Source: Candidatus Latescibacterota bacterium (GTDB taxonomy: Bacteria > Latescibacterota > UBA2968 > GCA-2709665). From it: DNA of 64,000 nucleotides. The position numbers were made by a program, and so were the translations under genes. The stretch lies in assembly GCA_965116875.1 (NCBI GenBank), contig OZ220733.1, positions 2,144,001-2,208,000 on the forward strand. Direction: 5' to 3'. The notes beneath the pieces are model-generated. The model ran no database searches, was not told the DNA's origin, and saw only the letters and a list, made by a program, of their open reading frames with translations. Below, one piece after another: positions 58,866 to 64,000 of this stretch (its first letter is position 1; the number at the start of each line of letters is the position of its first letter).

Positions 58866-61517
58866 CTAGTAGTGAAAGCTGTATTTCGCGTACCAGAACG
58901 CGCCGCCGAATCCGAACGGGCTGAACTGGCTGTACTTGTTGCCCGTCCTGTCCCTGGCCTTCTCGTGTTCGTCGGGATAGGTATTTAAGATGTTCTGGGC
59001 GCCGATCGCAATCTTCGACCTGTAGTCGTCGAACGAGACGCTGGTCTCGGCGTCGATCAGGACCTTGCCGCTGTAGACCTGATCGTCTTCGGAGTCGTAC
59101 CACTCGCCGAAATAGCTGATGCGACCCAGCACGTCCCAGCGGGTCGTGAGCGTTTGGGTGATGGTCAGGTTCCCGCGCTGTTTGGGGAGATTTTCCTCCA
59201 GTTCCCTCAGCCGCAGATCGTCCAGGATCTCCGGATTGTGTTCCGTAACCTTTGTTCCCGTGTAGTTGTATGCGACGTTCATCGCGCCCAGGCCCACCGG
59301 CACGGAGAACACGACGTCGATCCCCTGGGTCTTGGAGTTAAAGTCGTTTGTGAAAAAGCGGAATTCCTGCAGCCCTGCGGCGCTGGTGAGCCCCTCCCGG
59401 ATGAGTTGCTCCCTCTCAGGATCTGTAAGCGCAAAGTCCTGCGAAACCGTCAGGCGGTCGTTCACCCTGATGTCGAAGTAATCGACCGTCATGCTTGCCT
59501 TGCCCATATCCAGGACGACACCCAGCGAGAGGTTTTTGGACTTCTCGGGCACCAGAGGCTTGGCCCCTTTCAACGCGGCCGCCCGGCTTGTGGAGGGAAC
59601 CGTTCCGTTGTTCACCAGGTCGTTCTTCTCGAAGTTGAACTCGGTGGTGATGTTGAAGGCGCTCTGCTGGCCGGGCGTCGGCGCCCGGAAGCCGGTGCTG
59701 TAACTGCCGCGCACCCTGGCGTCCTCGGTTACGCCTATGTTGAAAGCGGCCTTGTAGTTGCTGGAATTGTACGTCTCGGAAGTCAGCGGCGGCGTGTTCG
59801 ACAACGTTTTCAATTCGTCGAAACGCTCCTGGCGCAGAGCGAGGGAAAATGACGCTCGGTCCGAGGGCTGAATGTCCCCTTCCGCGTAAACCGCTATGTT
59901 CGGTCTGGACCACCTGCCGGCGGCCACTTTGCTGAAGCCGGAAAAGCCGTTCGTCGCCGGCTGAAATCCCTGGCTGGCCAGCGGCTGGCCGATAATATAG
60001 GACTCGATCTGGCCCTCGACGATCTCAAACGTTTCTTTCCGGTATTCCAGACCCGCCGCAAGGAAGACCTGCGGGTTCACGGGGTAGGTCACACCCAGGT
60101 CCACGGTAACGTCCGACTGGACGTAGGAGCCCGGATCGAAATACGTGGGCGTGGCGGGACCCATGGATGCGTTCACCGTATTGAAGATGAAGTAGTCCGC
60201 CTCGTGACGCCCGTAAGACATGCTCAGGTCCCAGGATGCGAGCGCCTGCTGCCCGATGCCTGAGCCCTTAATGCCCATCAGGATAGATTCATCGGTTGTA
60301 AACGCGCCGAACCGCGGCGTGAATCCCCCCGGAAACATCTTCAGGAAGGAGAAACAGTTGGGATCGTCGCGAACCTGGAGCCATGCGTTCTGTTCGGGTC
60401 TGTTGTCAATGATGGGGACCGGCGCACATTCGCTGCCCTGACCCACACCGTCCAGATCGCCGACCAGCAGAGACGGCGTCTCTGCCTCGCCGTCCCCGTC
60501 CAGGTCAATCAGCGGACCCTTGAACACACCGCTTCGGGTATGTGGATTCCGGAAATAGAACCCGCCCTCCGTTTCCTTGTCCGCGTAGTTCGCGTGGCCG
60601 TAGAAATCGACGCTTTCGCCCAGAGTGGCGCCGTAGTTCGCGAAGATTTTCAGGTCGTCGCGAACGAATGGCTGACCCCAGATCTGGGCGGGATTCGCCA
60701 CCTCTGTGTTGCCCGCAGAAATCAGCCCCGCGGCGTCATTGCGCTGCACGGATCGGATGGTTTCACCGGTATTGCCATATTCCAGGCTGAGGTTGGCCCA
60801 GGTGTTTTCATTGCCCAGACCGATGTTGAACGCCGCCGTGAACATCTCGCCGTCGCCCAGGAACTTCCCTTCCCCATCCTGAAAGCTCCCCACCTTCACG
60901 TCCGCGGCCATGCCCTCGTGGCTGTCTTTCAGGCGGAAGTCCAGCACGCCCGCGATCGCATCGGATCCGTATTGCGCCGAGGCGCCGTCGCGGAGCACCT
61001 CCACGCGTTTCAGCGCGATGGCGGGGATGGCGGTGAGGTCGGGGCCCTGCGCGCCGTCCGCGACGCCGTTGCCCAGCCAGTGGATCACGGCAGCGCGGTG
61101 GCGGCGTTTGCCGTTGACGAGAACCAGTGCGTGGTCCGGCGCCAGGCCTCGCAGGTTGGGCGGCCGGACCACCGTTCCGGCGTCGCTGATGGGTTGGGAA
61201 TTGACGTTGTAGGAGGGAATCACGTTTCTCAACAGGTCGGTCATGTCCGTGCCGCCCTGCTTGACGAAATCCTCGCTGCTGACCACGTCGATGGGAACGA
61301 CCGATTTCGTCACGGAGCGCGGTCTCCGGGACCCGATCACAACCAGCTCTTCCAGCTCGACGATCTCGTCAAGGATGATTTCCGATGTATCGGACTCTGC
61401 CGCCTCCCCGGATTCCTGCGAGACGGAGACACCGGTCATGACGTGGAGGATGGAAATTGCAAATACAACGGGCAACAGAACAAACTTCGTCGATCTGAAA
61501 CTGTAACGGGACTTCAT
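58866..61517 (-). CDS. TonB-dependent receptor
   Basis: Plug motifs VLVNGKRRH and EVLRDGASAQYGSDAIAGV; STGFRAP; aromatic C-terminus. Confidence 0.93.
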   Translation of the reverse strand: MKSRYSFRSTKFVLLPVVFAISILHVMTGVSVSQESGEAAESDTSEIILDEIVELEELVVIGSRRPRSVTKSVVPIDVVSSEDFVKQGGTDMTDLLRNVIPSYNVNSQPISDAGTVVRPPNLRGLAPDHALVLVNGKRRHRAAVIHWLGNGVADGAQGPDLTAIPAIALKRVEVLRDGASAQYGSDAIAGVLDFRLKDSHEGMAADVKVGSFQDGEGKFLGDGEMFTAAFNIGLGNENTWANLSLEYGNTGETIRSVQRNDAAGLISAGNTEVANPAQIWGQPFVRDDLKIFANYGATLGESVDFYGHANYADKETEGGFYFRNPHTRSGVFKGPLIDLDGDGEAETPSLLVGDLDGVGQGSECAPVPIIDNRPEQNAWLQVRDDPNCFSFLKMFPGGFTPRFGAFTTDESILMGIKGSGIGQQALASWDLSMSYGRHEADYFIFNTVNASMGPATPTYFDPGSYVQSDVTVDLGVTYPVNPQVFLAAGLEYRKETFEIVEGQIESYIIGQPLASQGFQPATNGFSGFSKVAAGRWSRPNIAVYAEGDIQPSDRASFSLALRQERFDELKTLSNTPPLTSETYNSSNYKAAFNIGVTEDARVRGSYSTGFRAPTPGQQSAFNITTEFNFEKNDLVNNGTVPSTSRAAALKGAKPLVPEKSKNLSLGVVLDMGKASMTVDYFDIRVNDRLTVSQDFALTDPEREQLIREGLTSAAGLQEFRFFTNDFNSKTQGIDVVFSVPVGLGAMNVAYNYTGTKVTEHNPEILDDLRLRELEENLPKQRGNLTITQTLTTRWDVLGRISYFGEWYDSEDDQVYSGKVLIDAETSVSFDDYRSKIAIGAQNILNTYPDEHEKARDRTGNKYSQFSPFGFGGAFWYAKYSFHY

Positions 61518-62259
61518 AGCGCAATTCCTTTATGTTTCGGGTTTCGCGAATCGGGCTGATGGTTGGTTTGATTCGCCGTGAAAGCGGCCGTCAACTTCGA
61601 CGTCGTCTGTGGTGACTCAGTTCATGACGACTCATATGGACTCGTTCTGGTGTTGTCCGTTAAGACCCGGACCGTGTGACCGCCGGGTCCCGGTCATTAT
61701 CGCGACGGAAAGGCGTACAAACGACTCCTCCCTCATCACCATAGGCAGTCTCTCCTATTGCGGTGTGACAGGATGTCATCTAGTGTCTCTTGACCGTTAA
61801 GGGATTCCGGGGAGGTTGTACCGGGCGCGGTTCGGGAATGAGAGCCCGCGGGGAAAACGCGCCTGGTAAGCAGAAATGCTGCAATTCTGTTACTAATATA
61901 GTAAAATCGCCGCAAATGGCAATGAACGAGCGAAAAAATATCCGGTATTTCGCACAATTCAAGGCTGAATTTCGGTCTGCGATGACCGCCACGCTGTCCC
62001 ACAGGCGCAAGTGAACGGCCGGATGTTCGTATCGAGCCGCCTTCTGACCGGGAATCAGACTCGTCTGCTATTGTCATCGGGCCGGATGTACCGACACTCG
62101 TCGCTTCTTGACTTGCACAACCGAAAGAAATATACTACTGCTCGTCAGGTTCGCGGAGTCGTGCGTCCGGCGCGGCAGGGAGGCGATTCTATGCCGCGCG
62201 CCTGAACGCGATGCAGCCATATCGGCGTCATTTTGTTCTGTGCACCATGAGGGATTGCA

Positions 62260-63228
62260 ATGTCAACCGTTAAAGTCGTCATGATGGCCGGTCCCTGGAC
62301 CGAATGGCGGGAACAGCTCGAATCCGTTTCGCCGCGCGTGACGGCGGTCGCCGCCCATTCCGAGGGGGACCTGCTGCGGGAGATTCCGGACGCGGAAGTC
62401 GTCTACGGGAGGCTGCCGAGAGCGCCATTTCTGGAGGCCGGAGAACTTCGATGGGTCCAGAGTATCGGCGTGGGATTCGAAACCATGCTGTATCCGGAAA
62501 TGATCGAGAGCGACGTGGTCATCACCAACACCGCAGGCGCATTCGACGCTGCGATGGCGGAACAGGCTCTCGCATTCATGCTGGTTCACGCGCGCGGGCT
62601 CCTGGTTTTCGAACGCGACAGGAAGGATCGTATCTGGGACCGGCACACGGAAACGGTCTCCCAGATCCACGGAAAAACGGCGTGCATACTCGGCCTGGGA
62701 TCCATCGGTCGCAGCATCGCCGCCCGGCTTAACGCCCTCGGGCTCGCGGTGACCGGTGTAGACGCCCAGGTCACGACGCCGCCCACGGGCGTGGGACGCC
62801 TGTTCAGGGCCGATGAACTGCTGGATGCCGTCGCCGATGCGGACTACGTCGTCGTAGCGCTGCCGCAGACCGAAAGTACCACCGGCATTATCGACGAGAC
62901 ATGTTTCAGCCGGATGAAGGCGTCGGCCTTTCTCGTGAATATCGCACGCGGCCCCATCGTAAACGAAGCCGACCTGGTCCGCGCCATCCAGGAGAAACGT
63001 ATCGCCGGAGCGGGCCTGGACGTTTTCGAAGAGGAACCGCTTCCCGATTCCAGCCCGCTATGGGACATGCCCAACGTCGTGTTCGCACCCCATTCCGCCG
63101 GGTACTCTCCCGAGGGTCGCGGAAATATCCTTCGCATCTTCAGAGAGAACCTTCGGCGCTACCTGGCGGAGGAACCCCTCATGAACGTGGTGGACAAGCG
63201 GAAGGGATACCTGATACAGACGTCTTGA
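62260..63228 (+). CDS. D-2-hydroxyacid dehydrogenase
   Basis: GLGSIG, NIARG, LDVFEEEPLP and PHSAG motifs. Confidence 0.92.
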   Translation: MSTVKVVMMAGPWTEWREQLESVSPRVTAVAAHSEGDLLREIPDAEVVYGRLPRAPFLEAGELRWVQSIGVGFETMLYPEMIESDVVITNTAGAFDAAMAEQALAFMLVHARGLLVFERDRKDRIWDRHTETVSQIHGKTACILGLGSIGRSIAARLNALGLAVTGVDAQVTTPPTGVGRLFRADELLDAVADADYVVVALPQTESTTGIIDETCFSRMKASAFLVNIARGPIVNEADLVRAIQEKRIAGAGLDVFEEEPLPDSSPLWDMPNVVFAPHSAGYSPEGRGNILRIFRENLRRYLAEEPLMNVVDKRKGYLIQTS

Positions 63229-63322
63229 TGGCACGTTCGGGAAGGCCATACCAACCGGTTTTGCGGGACCGCCCGGGTTCAGACAGGACCCGGTAAGCGG
63301 CCACTCCAATAGAGGAAGCCTG

Positions 63323-64000
63323 ATGTCATCCCCTGCCGCCTTCTCCGTTGTCGAAGCGGTTGCCCGCGCCTTCGAAGTACAGCCGATCGTCGATATCCAC
63401 ACCCACCTCTATCCGATTCAAATGGGTCCGCTCTGCCTGATGGGGCCCGACGAACTGCTTACCTACCACTACCTGAAGGTCGAAACCTGCCGCCAGCTTC
63501 CCTCCGGAACCTCCGTCGCCCGGTTCAACGCACTGTCAAAGCGCCGCCAGGCCGACGTTGTCTGGCGCACCCTTTTCGCGGGGACCGGCAGCCCGCTCTC
63601 CGAAGCGCAACTCGGCGTGGTAACCGTGATGTCCGCGCTCGGCCTGAACCCCCGGGCGGACAGCCTGGCCGAATTCCGCGCATTGTTTTCAGAGACGGAC
63701 CCGGAAGACTACGTTGATCTCATCTTCCGCAAGTCCGGGGTCTCCCGCGTCTATATGACCAACGATCCGCTGGACGACCTGGAGGCTCCCGTCTGGCAGG
63801 CGGGATTCGAGCGGGACGCCCGTTTTGTGGCTGCCCTCCGGCTGGACAGCGCCCTGGCCGGGTGGCCCGCGCCCGTGGCGAAATTGAAGGCGCTGGGTTA
63901 CAGAGTGGAAGACGTACTCTCGCCCCGGACAGTTGAGGAACTTCGGCGCTACCTCGCCGACTGGATCGCGAGAATGGATGCCCGGTACCTGGCTGTTTCC
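63323..64000 (+). CDS. Glucuronate (uronate) isomerase-like amidohydrolase, truncated by the window end
   Basis: My translation gives ...IVDIHTHLYP...DELLTYHYL...MTNDP, as in Bacillus halodurans-type uronate isomerases. Confidence 0.8.
   Translation, partial: MSSPAAFSVVEAVARAFEVQPIVDIHTHLYPIQMGPLCLMGPDELLTYHYLKVETCRQLPSGTSVARFNALSKRRQADVVWRTLFAGTGSPLSEAQLGVVTVMSALGLNPRADSLAEFRALFSETDPEDYVDLIFRKSGVSRVYMTNDPLDDLEAPVWQAGFERDARFVAALRLDSALAGWPAPVAKLKALGYRVEDVLSPRTVEELRRYLADWIARMDARYLAVS

Noticed and set aside
61518-62259. Possible riboswitch upstream of the TonB receptor
   Set aside because: Hairpins and a TGACA-N3-TGTCA palindrome are present, but I could not find cobalamin, TPP or other riboswitch consensus motifs. 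An Infernal/Rfam scan would settle it.

Overview
High-GC bacterial chromosomal segment. The many phytanoyl-CoA dioxygenase-family genes, TonB receptors and dispersed REP/MITE-like repeats suggest an uncultured Gram-negative such as Latescibacterota, Gemmatimonadota or Poribacteria; this is an inference only. The layout is as follows. (1) 1-13.4 kb is a phosphate/polyphosphate locus: ppk1 (truncated), an orphan ParA ATPase and a CYTH-like/CHAD gene on the minus strand, diverging from a Pho-box-preceded porin-pstSCAB-phoU-NUDIX operon. (2) 13.6-26.1 kb holds coxDEF-like molybdoenzyme chaperones, sigma54-preceded pspA, two PhyH dioxygenases, vapBC, a radical SAM gene divergent from a [2Fe-2S]-ferredoxin/HTH fusion, and an Oar-like TonB receptor. 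(3) About 26.6-46 kb is a visibly AT-richer defence island with no integrase. It encodes an AAA_21 ATPase, an orphan MNT, a SIR2-DUF4020 (Dsr1-like) protein, a fused type IIG/IIL-like R-M enzyme, a coiled-coil TIR protein, three unannotated proteins with HEPN-like RxxxxH motifs (one fused to a YgiT zinc finger behind DUF4258), a beta-rich hypothetical, and a DUF5131-TcmP pair. (4) 46-64 kb carries peptide and sugar-acid catabolism genes. At least four families of short non-coding repeats fill the intergenic spaces. The best candidates for new biology are a ParA-CHAD-PPK1 module that may position polyphosphate granules, the uncharacterised HEPN-like defence genes, and the ferredoxin-HTH fusion. 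No tRNA, rRNA or CRISPR array was found.
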